Assembly: GCA_023430885.1 (NCBI GenBank)
Contig: JAEYYH010000006.1
Coordinates: 5,615-69,614 of the forward strand
Reading direction: 5' to 3'
Source: Bacillota bacterium
Lineage (GTDB): Bacteria; Bacillota_I; Bacilli_A; RF39; UBA660
Length of the DNA: 64,000 bases
How positions within the stretch are numbered: position 1 is the first letter of the stretch; every line of letters starts with the position of its first letter. The position numbers and the translations under genes were made by a program. Below, one piece after another: positions 11,018-19,885 of the stretch. The notes below the pieces were generated by a model. That model did no database searches and was not told where the DNA came from. It saw only the letters and a program-made list of their open reading frames with translations.

Positions 11018-12448
11018 ATGAAAAATAAAAACGGTTTTACCTTAGTAGAAATATTAGGTGTCATTACAATTTTAAGTGTGCTTGCTTTAATAGCAATACC
11101 AACTATAGATAATATTGTAACTAAAAATAGAGAAAAACTATATGATTCACAAATTGAAACAATTGAAGATGGATTAAAAACATGGGCTGATGCTAATGCA
11201 ATGTATCTTCCAGAAGATGGAGATGACGGACTGTTATTATCACTTGGTATATTAAAATTATCAGGATTTGTAGATGAAGATATTAAAAATCCAAATACAA
11301 ATTTATGTTTTTCAAATAATATGATGGTTTCTATAGTGACCGTAAAAGAAGGATATGCATATTATGTTGACGAAGAAAGTGGACTTGATGGCACAGAAGA
11401 AGATTGCTCTACGCCTACAGTATCAGATTTTATATATTTAAAGGGCAGCAGTACTGTTACGTTGAATTTAAATGATACTTATGAGGAACCTGGATATATA
11501 ACTTTTGATTCTAATGGTAATATGGCAGCGGGTACTGTAACAAGTTTGATTAAGGATAGAAACGGAACTGTTGTAAGTTCTATTGATACTACTGAAAGTA
11601 GTAAAACACCATATACAATTACTTATACTTATGGTTCAGCTACAAGCATAAGAACAATTAATGTTTTAATTGCTGATCCTGTTGGGACAATATATGCTTT
11701 CGATTATATTGATCATGTTCAAATAATGACATTAAAAAGAGGAACATATAAACTTGAAGTATGGGGACCTAATGGTAGTGGTGTATATGGAGGAAAAGGT
11801 GGCTATTCTGCAGGAAATTTAACATTAGAAAATGACACTCAATTATATATTTATACTGGAGGAAGTAATGGATATAATGGCGGTGGTAGTCCAAATAATC
11901 CGGTAGGTCCTGCAAACGGTGGCGGCGGCGCTACGGATATTAGAATAGCCACAGACAGTCTTTATGCTAGAGTTATTGTTGCAGGTGGCGGTGGCGGTGG
12001 CGGACAATCCTCTGGAAATGGAGGCGTTGGTGGCGGGTTAACTGGTGCTAATGGTAGCGGTGGCGCAAATGGTGGATCACAAATTTTAGGTGGAAGTTCT
12101 ACATACTGTGGGACAACTGGAAAAGGTGGTTTTGGATCAGGCGGTTCTAGCGTTAGTTGTACTACAGCTGGTGGCGGTTCTGGCGGCGGCGGTTGGTATG
12201 GAGGTTCAACTGATTATTCAAACTATGGCGGTGGCGGCGGATCAGGCTGGATTTATACTGAAACTGCTTTTACTACATGGCAAACAGGAAATGGATCAGA
12301 TTCTGCAAACTGGCTTCTTAATAGTTCATACTATTTAGCTAATGCACAAACCATAGCGGGAAATGGAACAATGCCAACTCATGATGGTACTGGTACTATG
12401 ACAGGTAATAGTGGAAATGGTTATGTTAAAATAACGAAGATTAGTTAA
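11018..12448 (+). CDS. Prepilin-type (class III signal) protein with a glycine-rich C-terminal region
   Basis: The leader is MKNKNG|FTLVEILGV, with Phe at +1 and Glu at +5. The C-terminal half contains Gly-rich tracts (GGGGGGGQSSGNGGVGGG...). It is a paralog of the next gene. Confidence 0.8.
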   Translation: MKNKNGFTLVEILGVITILSVLALIAIPTIDNIVTKNREKLYDSQIETIEDGLKTWADANAMYLPEDGDDGLLLSLGILKLSGFVDEDIKNPNTNLCFSNNMMVSIVTVKEGYAYYVDEESGLDGTEEDCSTPTVSDFIYLKGSSTVTLNLNDTYEEPGYITFDSNGNMAAGTVTSLIKDRNGTVVSSIDTTESSKTPYTITYTYGSATSIRTINVLIADPVGTIYAFDYIDHVQIMTLKRGTYKLEVWGPNGSGVYGGKGGYSAGNLTLENDTQLYIYTGGSNGYNGGGSPNNPVGPANGGGGATDIRIATDSLYARVIVAGGGGGGGQSSGNGGVGGGLTGANGSGGANGGSQILGGSSTYCGTTGKGGFGSGGSSVSCTTAGGGSGGGGWYGGSTDYSNYGGGGGSGWIYTETAFTTWQTGNGSDSANWLLNSSYYLANAQTIAGNGTMPTHDGTGTMTGNSGNGYVKITKIS

Positions 12449-12471
12449 GAGATAGAAATATCTCTTTTTTA
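12448..12471 (+). terminator. Rho-independent terminator
   Basis: agagata-gaaa-tatctct followed by T6. Confidence 0.65.
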
Positions 12472-12510
12472 TTATTCTATTAAATGATATAATTATTATA
12501 GGTGAATAGT

Positions 12511-14004
12511 ATGAAAAATAAAAAAGGTTTTACCTTAGTAGAAATATTAGGTGTTATTACAATTCTGAGTGTACTTGCGTTGATTGCAATACCAACTATA
12601 GATAATATAGTAACCAAGAATAGAGAAAAACTATATGATTCACAAATCAAAACAATTGAAGATGGATTAAAAACATGGGCTGATGCTAATGCAATGTATC
12701 TTCCAGAAGATGGAGATGACGGACTGTTATTATCACTTGGTATATTAAAATTAGCTGGATTTGTAGATGAAGATATAAAAAATCCTAATACAAATTTATG
12801 TTTTTCAAATGATATGATGGTTTCTATTGCAGCAGTAAAAGAGGGCTATACGTATTATATTGATGAAGAAAGTGGACTTGATGGTACAGAAGAAGATTGC
12901 TCTGTACCTACAGCAACCGATTTTATATATTTAAAAGGTAGTAGTACTATTAACTTATCATTGGATAGTTCTTATGAAGAACCAGGTTATTTAGCCTTAA
13001 ATAGTAGTGGAAATATAGTAACATCTCAAGTTACTACTTTAATAAGAGATAAAAATAGTCAAATAGTAAGCTCTATAGATACAAGTGAGGATACGGCATC
13101 ACCTTATACAATAACATATACTATTGGTGAAGTGTCAAAGACTCGTACTATTATAGTCAAAATAGGTGATCCTGTGGGTACTATATATACCTTTGATTAT
13201 ACAGGAACTAAACAAACAATTACTTTAGGGAAAGGCAGTTACAAATTAGAAACTTGGGGTGCTCAGGGGGGAAAAAGCACATATTCTAATACTAATATTT
13301 GGTTAGGGGGATATGGTGGTTATTCAAAAGGAGAATTAACTTTTGGAGTAGATACTGTTTTCAATATATATGTAGGTGGTGCAGGAGCGGATAAACAAAC
13401 ACTATCAACTATATTAGGTGGATTCAATGGTGGTGGAAATAGTGGAACAAGTACATCATCATATCCAAATATAGGTGCAGCTGGTGGTGGTGCCTCAGAT
13501 ATTAGAATGAATGGCGAAGAACTTTCTAACAGAATAATTGTAGCAGGTGGCGGTGGTGGTGCTGGCTATGGTTCAAATGCTGGCACAGTTGCTAGTCCTG
13601 AAATAAATTCTGGTGGTCCAGGTGGTGGAAGTACTGGTTTAAGTGGAATATATTATCCTGGATATCAATTGCGTATGGGAGCACCAGGAACTCAATCAGC
13701 CGGTGGCGCTGGTGGAACTGGAGGCTCATCAACTAATGGAAATCCAGGAATCTTAGGTCAAGGTGGTGCAGGAGCAAATGGTACTGCTGGTGGTGGCGGC
13801 GGTGGCGGCGGTTATTATGGCGGCGGCGGCGGTGCTAATGGTAGCGGTTGCGCAGGTCCGGGTGGCGGTGGTTCTGGATATATTGGAACTTTAACTAATG
13901 CTCAAACCATAGCGGGAAATGGAACAATGCCAACTCATGATGGGACTAGTACTATGACAGGTAATAGTGGCAATGGTTATGTTAAAATAACAAAGATAGC
14001 TTAA
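12511..14004 (+). CDS. Prepilin-type protein with a glycine-rich region (tandem paralog)
   Basis: Leader MKNKKG|FTLVEILGV. The first roughly 130 aa and the last roughly 35 aa are near-identical to the 11018 gene. The middle is a divergent Gly-rich tract. Confidence 0.8.
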   Translation: MKNKKGFTLVEILGVITILSVLALIAIPTIDNIVTKNREKLYDSQIKTIEDGLKTWADANAMYLPEDGDDGLLLSLGILKLAGFVDEDIKNPNTNLCFSNDMMVSIAAVKEGYTYYIDEESGLDGTEEDCSVPTATDFIYLKGSSTINLSLDSSYEEPGYLALNSSGNIVTSQVTTLIRDKNSQIVSSIDTSEDTASPYTITYTIGEVSKTRTIIVKIGDPVGTIYTFDYTGTKQTITLGKGSYKLETWGAQGGKSTYSNTNIWLGGYGGYSKGELTFGVDTVFNIYVGGAGADKQTLSTILGGFNGGGNSGTSTSSYPNIGAAGGGASDIRMNGEELSNRIIVAGGGGGAGYGSNAGTVASPEINSGGPGGGSTGLSGIYYPGYQLRMGAPGTQSAGGAGGTGGSSTNGNPGILGQGGAGANGTAGGGGGGGGYYGGGGGANGSGCAGPGGGGSGYIGTLTNAQTIAGNGTMPTHDGTSTMTGNSGNGYVKITKIA

Positions 14005-14026
14005 GAGATAGAAATATCTCTTTTTA
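14004..14026 (+). terminator. Rho-independent terminator (duplicated with the gene)
   Basis: The same agagata-gaaa-tatctct hairpin is present, followed by T5. Confidence 0.6.
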
Positions 14027-14066
14027 ATTTTACTAATAAATGCTATAATTAATATAGGTGAAGTAT

Positions 14067-14429
14067 ATGAAAAATAAAAAAGGATTTACATTAATAGAAA
14101 TAATAGCAGTTATTGTTTTAATAGCAGTTATATCTTTAATAGTCTTTGTAAGTGTTACTGCTATGATAAAAAACAATAAGGTTAAACAACTAAAAGTATT
14201 TAGTGATAATTTAACTAATGCAGCAGAAGTTTATATGACTGATAAAAAAGATGCTTTTTCTAATTTTGATGAAGTGGGTGATATAACTATTATTAGTTCA
14301 TCTGAAATGATAAATGCCGGTTACATAAATAAAAATATGGATAATCCTACTGGAAAAGACCTAACTGATTTTTATGTAAAAGCAACAATTAAGGAAGATA
14401 AATCTATTTCTTATGAAGTTGTAGGATAA
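14067..14429 (+). CDS. Small prepilin-type pilin/pseudopilin
   Basis: Leader MKNKKG|FTLIEIIAV. At 120 aa it has the size of a minor pilin or ComGC-like protein. Confidence 0.8.
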   Translation: MKNKKGFTLIEIIAVIVLIAVISLIVFVSVTAMIKNNKVKQLKVFSDNLTNAAEVYMTDKKDAFSNFDEVGDITIISSSEMINAGYINKNMDNPTGKDLTDFYVKATIKEDKSISYEVVG

Positions 14430-14513
14430 GTACTATGTCAAATAGTGCTTTTTTCTTGCACCAAACCATTAAAAAATGTATAATGTTTATAGAATACAAT
14501 AAGGAGACAAATA

Positions 14514-15698
14514 ATGAAAAGAACAATTAGAGATTTTGATTTAGATGGAAAAAAGGTAATTATTAGAGTAGATTTTAATGTTCCTATTAAAGATGAGGTC
14601 ATTACTGATGATAATAGGATAAGAGAAAGTTTAGAAACAATTAACTATGCACTTTCTAATAATGCTAAGGTTATACTTTTATCTCATTTAGGTAGAGTAA
14701 AGACAGAAGCAGATAAAGCTATTAATACTTTAGAACCTGTTGCACTTAGACTTAGTGAACTTCTTGACAAAGACGTAGTTTTTGTTACTGAAACAAGAGG
14801 GGACATTCTTGAAGATGAAATAAGTAATATGAAAACTGGTGAAGTCATCTTAGTAGAGAATACTAGATTTGAAGATATAGATGGTAATAAAGAAAGTGGC
14901 AATGACCCAGAACTTGGTAAATACTGGGCATCACTTGGTGACATTTATATTAATGATGCATTTGGTACAGCTCATAGAGCGCATGCTTCTAATGTAGGTA
15001 TTGCTTCTAATTTACCAAATGGTATTGGATTCTTAATTGAAAAAGAATTAGATAATTTAGAAAAAGCTATAACTAATCCAGAAAGACCATTTACTGTAAT
15101 ATTAGGTGGTTCTAAAGTTAGTGATAAAATTGGTGTAATTGAAAATTTAGTTAAGATTGCTGATCATATATTAATAGGTGGTGGAATGGCTTTTACATTT
15201 TTAAAAGCCAGTGGTCTTCCAATAGGAGCTTCATTATTAGATGAAGAAAACTTAGATTTTTGTAAAAAAATGCTTGCTGAACATGAAGATAAATTAATTC
15301 TTCCAATAGATGTTGTTTGCAGTACTAGCATTAATGAAGGTACTCCTTGTAGAGAATGTTTTATAAATGATATCAAAGAAAATGAACTTGGTCTTGATAT
15401 TGGTAGAGGAAGTATAAAAGTATTTAAAGAAATACTACAGTCAAGTAAGACTATTGTATGGAATGGACCGGTAGGAGTATTTGAACAAGAAGCATATGCT
15501 GGCGGAACAAAAGCGCTATGCGAGGTTCTAAGTAATTTAGATGCTACTACTATACTTGGTGGTGGTGATACTGCAAGTGCTGCTATTAATTTTGGATATA
15601 AAGATAAGTTTAGCCACATATCAACTGGTGGTGGAGCTAGTCTTGAACTTTTAGAAGGTAAAGTACTTCCTGGAATTGCTATAATAGATGAGAAATAG
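14514..15698 (+). CDS. pgk: Phosphoglycerate kinase
   Basis: 394 aa. The motifs RVDFNVP, GGGMAFTF and GGGDTA are present. Confidence 0.95.
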   Translation: MKRTIRDFDLDGKKVIIRVDFNVPIKDEVITDDNRIRESLETINYALSNNAKVILLSHLGRVKTEADKAINTLEPVALRLSELLDKDVVFVTETRGDILEDEISNMKTGEVILVENTRFEDIDGNKESGNDPELGKYWASLGDIYINDAFGTAHRAHASNVGIASNLPNGIGFLIEKELDNLEKAITNPERPFTVILGGSKVSDKIGVIENLVKIADHILIGGGMAFTFLKASGLPIGASLLDEENLDFCKKMLAEHEDKLILPIDVVCSTSINEGTPCRECFINDIKENELGLDIGRGSIKVFKEILQSSKTIVWNGPVGVFEQEAYAGGTKALCEVLSNLDATTILGGGDTASAAINFGYKDKFSHISTGGGASLELLEGKVLPGIAIIDEK

Positions 15699-15706
15699 GT
15701 GATATT

Positions 15707-16972
15707 ATGAGAATTGGTATATTTACTGATACTTATCCTCCATATATAAATGGTGTGTCTACAAGTGTAGCTATGCTTGAAACAGCGTTAAAGAAACAAG
15801 GCCATCAAGTATATATAGTTACTGTTAATAATGAAAAAATGCAGTATAAGTATGAAAATGAAGACCATATAATTAGAATACCTGGTGTTCCAATAGGAAT
15901 ATATGACTATCGTTTAACAGGAGTATATCCTTTAAAAGCTGTTAGTAAGATAAGAAAGTGGAATCTTGATGTAATTCATTCTCAAACAGAGTTTGGTGTA
16001 GGTTCTTTTGCAAGAATTATTGCAAAACAATTTAATATTCCACTTGTTCATACATATCATACGATGTACGAAGATTATGTACATTATATAACAAAGGGAT
16101 ATTTTAATGGTCCAAGTAAAAAGATAGTTGAATATTTAACAAATTTTTATTGTGATCAGACAGCCACTGAACTTATAGTGCCTACAAAAAAAACGTATGA
16201 CTTATTTAAAAATAAGTATCATTATACGCGCAATGTTCATATAATACCAACTGGTATTGAAGTTGAAAGATTTTATGAAGAAAATTTTGATAAAAAAGAA
16301 CTTGATGAACTTAGAGCGAGTATAGGGCTTTCTAAAGACCAGTTTACTACATTATTTGTAGGTAGACTTGGTAAAGAAAAAAGTATTGAAATATTAATTG
16401 AGTCTCATAAAGACTTAGTTAAAAAATATAATAATAAACTTATTATAGTGGGTGATGGGCCTGATATGGAACATTATAAAAATATGACTGAGAAATTTGG
16501 TATCAGTGACAGTGTAATATTTACTGGCAAAGTACCTTGGGTAGAAGTTACAAAGTATTATCAATTAGCTGATATATTTGCAACAGCATCACGTTCTGAA
16601 ACACAAGGTCTAACAGTAATAGAGGCTATGGCAGCTTCACTTCCTGTAGTAGCAGTAGATGATGAAAGTTTTAGAAATGTTGTTATAGATGGATTAAATG
16701 GTTATCTATTTGATACAAAAAAAGAGTATAAAGAATATGTTGAATCATTTATTAATGATCCAGTAAAATTAAAACGTTTTAGTAAACAAGCAAGAATTAA
16801 TGCTGATCAATATTCTTCAAAATATTTTGCAGAAAGAGTTCTTGATGTTTATCAAATAGCAATTGATAGTAGTCCACTCCACAAACAAGACAAAACAATT
16901 TATAATGGTTTTGTTGAAACAATAAGGAAAACACTGAAGGGAGTATTTCATGGAAAAGATAGTAGTAGCTAA
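15707..16972 (+). CDS. GT4 glycosyltransferase, glycosyl-diacylglycerol (membrane glycolipid) synthase-like
   Basis: The N-terminus MRIGIFTDTYPPYINGVSTSV resembles alMGS/CpoA-type GT4 enzymes. It has an EX7E-type GT-B C-terminal half. Confidence 0.65.
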   Translation: MRIGIFTDTYPPYINGVSTSVAMLETALKKQGHQVYIVTVNNEKMQYKYENEDHIIRIPGVPIGIYDYRLTGVYPLKAVSKIRKWNLDVIHSQTEFGVGSFARIIAKQFNIPLVHTYHTMYEDYVHYITKGYFNGPSKKIVEYLTNFYCDQTATELIVPTKKTYDLFKNKYHYTRNVHIIPTGIEVERFYEENFDKKELDELRASIGLSKDQFTTLFVGRLGKEKSIEILIESHKDLVKKYNNKLIIVGDGPDMEHYKNMTEKFGISDSVIFTGKVPWVEVTKYYQLADIFATASRSETQGLTVIEAMAASLPVVAVDDESFRNVVIDGLNGYLFDTKKEYKEYVESFINDPVKLKRFSKQARINADQYSSKYFAERVLDVYQIAIDSSPLHKQDKTIYNGFVETIRKTLKGVFHGKDSSS

Positions 16973-17681
16973 TTTAAAGATGAATTTAACAGTTACACAG
17001 ATTAGTAACTATCTTGAAGACATTAAAGAAGTAATGAATTCTAAAAAAGTAGTTATATGTCCAACAAGTATTTACCTACCTTATTTTTTAAAAAATAAGT
17101 ATTCAGTAGGTATTCAAAATATAGCTGCAACTGAAGAAGGAGCGTTTACTGGTGAAGTAAGTGCAAGTCAAGTAAGTAGTATGGGAATTAAGTATGCTAT
17201 TGTAGGGCACAGTGAAAGAAGACAACTATTTAATGAAACAGATACAATAATTAATAAGAAAGTTTTACTTGGTATTAAAAACAACTTAACTATAATATTA
17301 TGTATTGGTGAAACTAAAGAAGAAAAAGACATGCTTAAGACAGACAAAATTTTAAAAAGACAACTTATTAATGATTTAAGAGATATAGATATTATAGATA
17401 TTAAGAATATTATTATTGCTTATGAACCAATTTGGTCGATAGGTACAGGTAATGTTCCAGAAAACAAAGAAATCAGTATAATTACTAAGTATATAAAAGG
17501 CATAGTAAATAATTTATATCATGAAGATATAGATATTCCTGTTTTATATGGTGGTAGTGTTAATGAGAAAAATATTGAAGAATTAAATGAGATAAAAGAG
17601 ATCTCTGGGGTTTTAGTTGGTGGCGCATCACTAAAAGCTGATAAATTACAAAAAATTAAGGAAGTTATTATAAGTGAATAA
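16950..17681 (+). CDS. tpiA: Triosephosphate isomerase
   Basis: The motifs AYEPIWSIGTG, YGGSV and GGASLK are present. The sequence is divergent but clear. Confidence 0.85.
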   Translation: MEKIVVANLKMNLTVTQISNYLEDIKEVMNSKKVVICPTSIYLPYFLKNKYSVGIQNIAATEEGAFTGEVSASQVSSMGIKYAIVGHSERRQLFNETDTIINKKVLLGIKNNLTIILCIGETKEEKDMLKTDKILKRQLINDLRDIDIIDIKNIIIAYEPIWSIGTGNVPENKEISIITKYIKGIVNNLYHEDIDIPVLYGGSVNEKNIEELNEIKEISGVLVGGASLKADKLQKIKEVIISE

Positions 17682-17791
17682 CTTTCTTTTTCTTTTTTCG
17701 ACAAATAACGACAAAACTAGATAAATTTCATACTAGATAAGTAGCAGAATTTTGTATATAATTGAAATGTAAAAAATAAAGGAGAAAATAC

Positions 17792-18559
17792 ATGGAAAAA
17801 ATTAAGGTAGTATTAGTAGATGATAATGTCAATTTAGTAGATATGGTCAAGGAGTATTTCAAAACAAGTGAAGTTATAGAAATAGTTAATTGTGCTTATG
17901 ATGGATGTGACGGGATAGAACTTATTTCTAAAGAAGAAGACAATTTTGATGTATTAGTATTAGATTTAATTATGCCAAAGAAGGATGGTTTATATGTACT
18001 TAATGAAATGAAGAAAAGGGGAATTTATAAAAGTACTATAGTAGCAACTAGTTACAATGCTACCAATGTAATTAGAGAAGTTGCTGAGTTAGGGGTTAAT
18101 TATTTTATTTTAAAACCTTTTGAACTTGATGATTTAGAAAAGAGAATTATAGAATCAACTGGTAATAAAAAACTAGGCAAAAACATAGATTTTTTCCACA
18201 GCAATTTGCAAATTTCCACAACTAAATTACTTCATGAACTTGGTATACCATCACATATAAAGGGATACCAATATATAAGAGAAGGTATAGGTATAGTTTA
18301 TAATAAGCCTGAAATGATAGGCGGAATAACAAAAGAATTATATCCTGAGCTTGCTAGAAAATATTCAACAACAGTGTCTAGAGTAGAAAGAGCAATTAGA
18401 CATGCTATTGAAGTTAGCTGGAACAGAGGCGATTTAAAAGTAATGGAAGAAATATTTGGACACAGTGTAGATGTTGACAGAACCAAACCAACCAATTCAG
18501 AATTTATAGTAACGATAGCCGATAAACTTAAGTTGGAATTTCAAAAAGTGGGTAGTTAA
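17792..18559 (+). CDS. spo0A: Sporulation master regulator Spo0A
   Basis: A receiver domain (VVLVDDN...DLIMP) is followed by a Spo0A-specific C-terminal DNA-binding domain (SRVERAIRHAIEVSWNRG). Confidence 0.85.
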   Translation: MEKIKVVLVDDNVNLVDMVKEYFKTSEVIEIVNCAYDGCDGIELISKEEDNFDVLVLDLIMPKKDGLYVLNEMKKRGIYKSTIVATSYNATNVIREVAELGVNYFILKPFELDDLEKRIIESTGNKKLGKNIDFFHSNLQISTTKLLHELGIPSHIKGYQYIREGIGIVYNKPEMIGGITKELYPELARKYSTTVSRVERAIRHAIEVSWNRGDLKVMEEIFGHSVDVDRTKPTNSEFIVTIADKLKLEFQKVGS

Positions 18560-18643
18560 CTACTTTTTTTAATTTGACTAAATATCATCTTTGTGTTAAT
18601 ATATGCCCTATCAAAACTCTATGACTTTGAAGGGGTGAGTAGT

Positions 18644-19885
18644 ATGGAATTTAGTTATGAAATGGCATTTCTTTTGGACGATAATTTAAACAAATTAAAT
18701 AGACCTCGTAATATATCTATTATGTCGCCTGAATTTTGTGAATTTACTAAATCAGAATTAAGTAGCATTGAATATTTAGAAATAAAGAACATGAACAGCA
18801 TTAATGAATTAATATTTTTACCTAATTTAAGAAGTTTAGCAATTATAAGTGAAGACTATGATAGAATTATAAGTGATGAATCTTTAGATTATAATACTTT
18901 TATTAATCATATAAAAGATTTTTCGGTTATTTCAAAATTAAGAAATCTAGAAAACTTATTTATTCTACACGATATTAATTTAGAAGAACTTGATATTAGT
19001 CCTTTAAAAAAATTAAAGAAGATTAAATTAATTGATAATCCTTCTTTTAAAAGATTAAAAGGTCTAGATAACTTAGAAAAATTAAAAGAAGTAGTTATAT
19101 ATGGAAATAATTTAGAAAGTGGACTAGATATAGACAAGTATATTTCTAATACAATGTCAACATCACCAAATATATTAGATATAAAAATGTATAACAAAAT
19201 AGTTAATGGTAATGTAAACATGGCAAAAATTTTAGGAGATCAATATATACTAGGCTTAACATTTTTAAAGTTTGCTGAGAAAAATGGTTTTGTTGATTTA
19301 ACTATTTTAGATAATCGTAACTTAGCAGAAATGTTTACAAAACTTAATCAATTCTTTGAAAGAAATAAAATGTATGAACGTTCAGAATATGAAAAAGTTT
19401 TATTTGCTTTCTCTTATGTAACACGTAATGTTAGATTTGGTGAAGATGAGTTAAGAAAACGTATGGATAGATATTATGAAATAATTTCTGAAGTAAGAGA
19501 GATCCCAAAATATATGGAAAAGAATTTTGCTTCTTTGCATAGTAGTTATAATGCTTATCATTTTAAATTAGCTAACTGTGAAGGAATAGTTAATTTAATG
19601 GCATTCATGCTAGATATGCTTAAAGTAGAAAATGTAAATGTTCATTGTAGTGATAGAAGAATAGACGGAATGAATGGAACTAATCATTCCATGTTAAGAG
19701 TAAAAGTAGATGGACAGTGGTATTACTGTGATCCGACATATGATACAAAAAAACCAGTGCAATATTTCATGTTAACAAAAGATGAAATCAGCGAAATACA
19801 CCAGTTAAGTTCTTACGAGAATAAAATAGTTGGAGATAAAACAGATGGAAAGACTAATACACAACATTATAAAAGAAGAAAATAG
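18644..19885 (+). CDS. LRR-like N-terminal plus transglutaminase-like cysteine protease domain protein
   Basis: The N-terminal half has LxxLxxL repeats. The C-terminus has a Cys...His...Asp triad context (ANCEGIVNL ... TNHSML ... WYYCDPTYD). Start taken at MEFSYEM after a GGGGTGA RBS. Confidence 0.5.
   Translation: MEFSYEMAFLLDDNLNKLNRPRNISIMSPEFCEFTKSELSSIEYLEIKNMNSINELIFLPNLRSLAIISEDYDRIISDESLDYNTFINHIKDFSVISKLRNLENLFILHDINLEELDISPLKKLKKIKLIDNPSFKRLKGLDNLEKLKEVVIYGNNLESGLDIDKYISNTMSTSPNILDIKMYNKIVNGNVNMAKILGDQYILGLTFLKFAEKNGFVDLTILDNRNLAEMFTKLNQFFERNKMYERSEYEKVLFAFSYVTRNVRFGEDELRKRMDRYYEIISEVREIPKYMEKNFASLHSSYNAYHFKLANCEGIVNLMAFMLDMLKVENVNVHCSDRRIDGMNGTNHSMLRVKVDGQWYYCDPTYDTKKPVQYFMLTKDEISEIHQLSSYENKIVGDKTDGKTNTQHYKRRK

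Noticed and set aside
12090-12338. 82-aa plus-strand ORF nested inside the Gly-rich region of the first pilin gene, together with similar antisense ORFs at 14684-14944, 15164-15619, 21644-21922 and 42166-42590
   Set aside because: These are shadow ORFs created by GC-rich Gly codons or by long genes on the other strand. They have no RBS and lie entirely within better-supported genes.
11930-13860. GGC/GGT-rich simple repeats considered as a CRISPR array or a collagen-like gene
   Set aside because: The repeats are neither regular in spacing nor spacer-separated. They lie in frame inside the pilin genes and encode poly-Gly, and the pattern is not a Gly-X-Y collagen periodicity.
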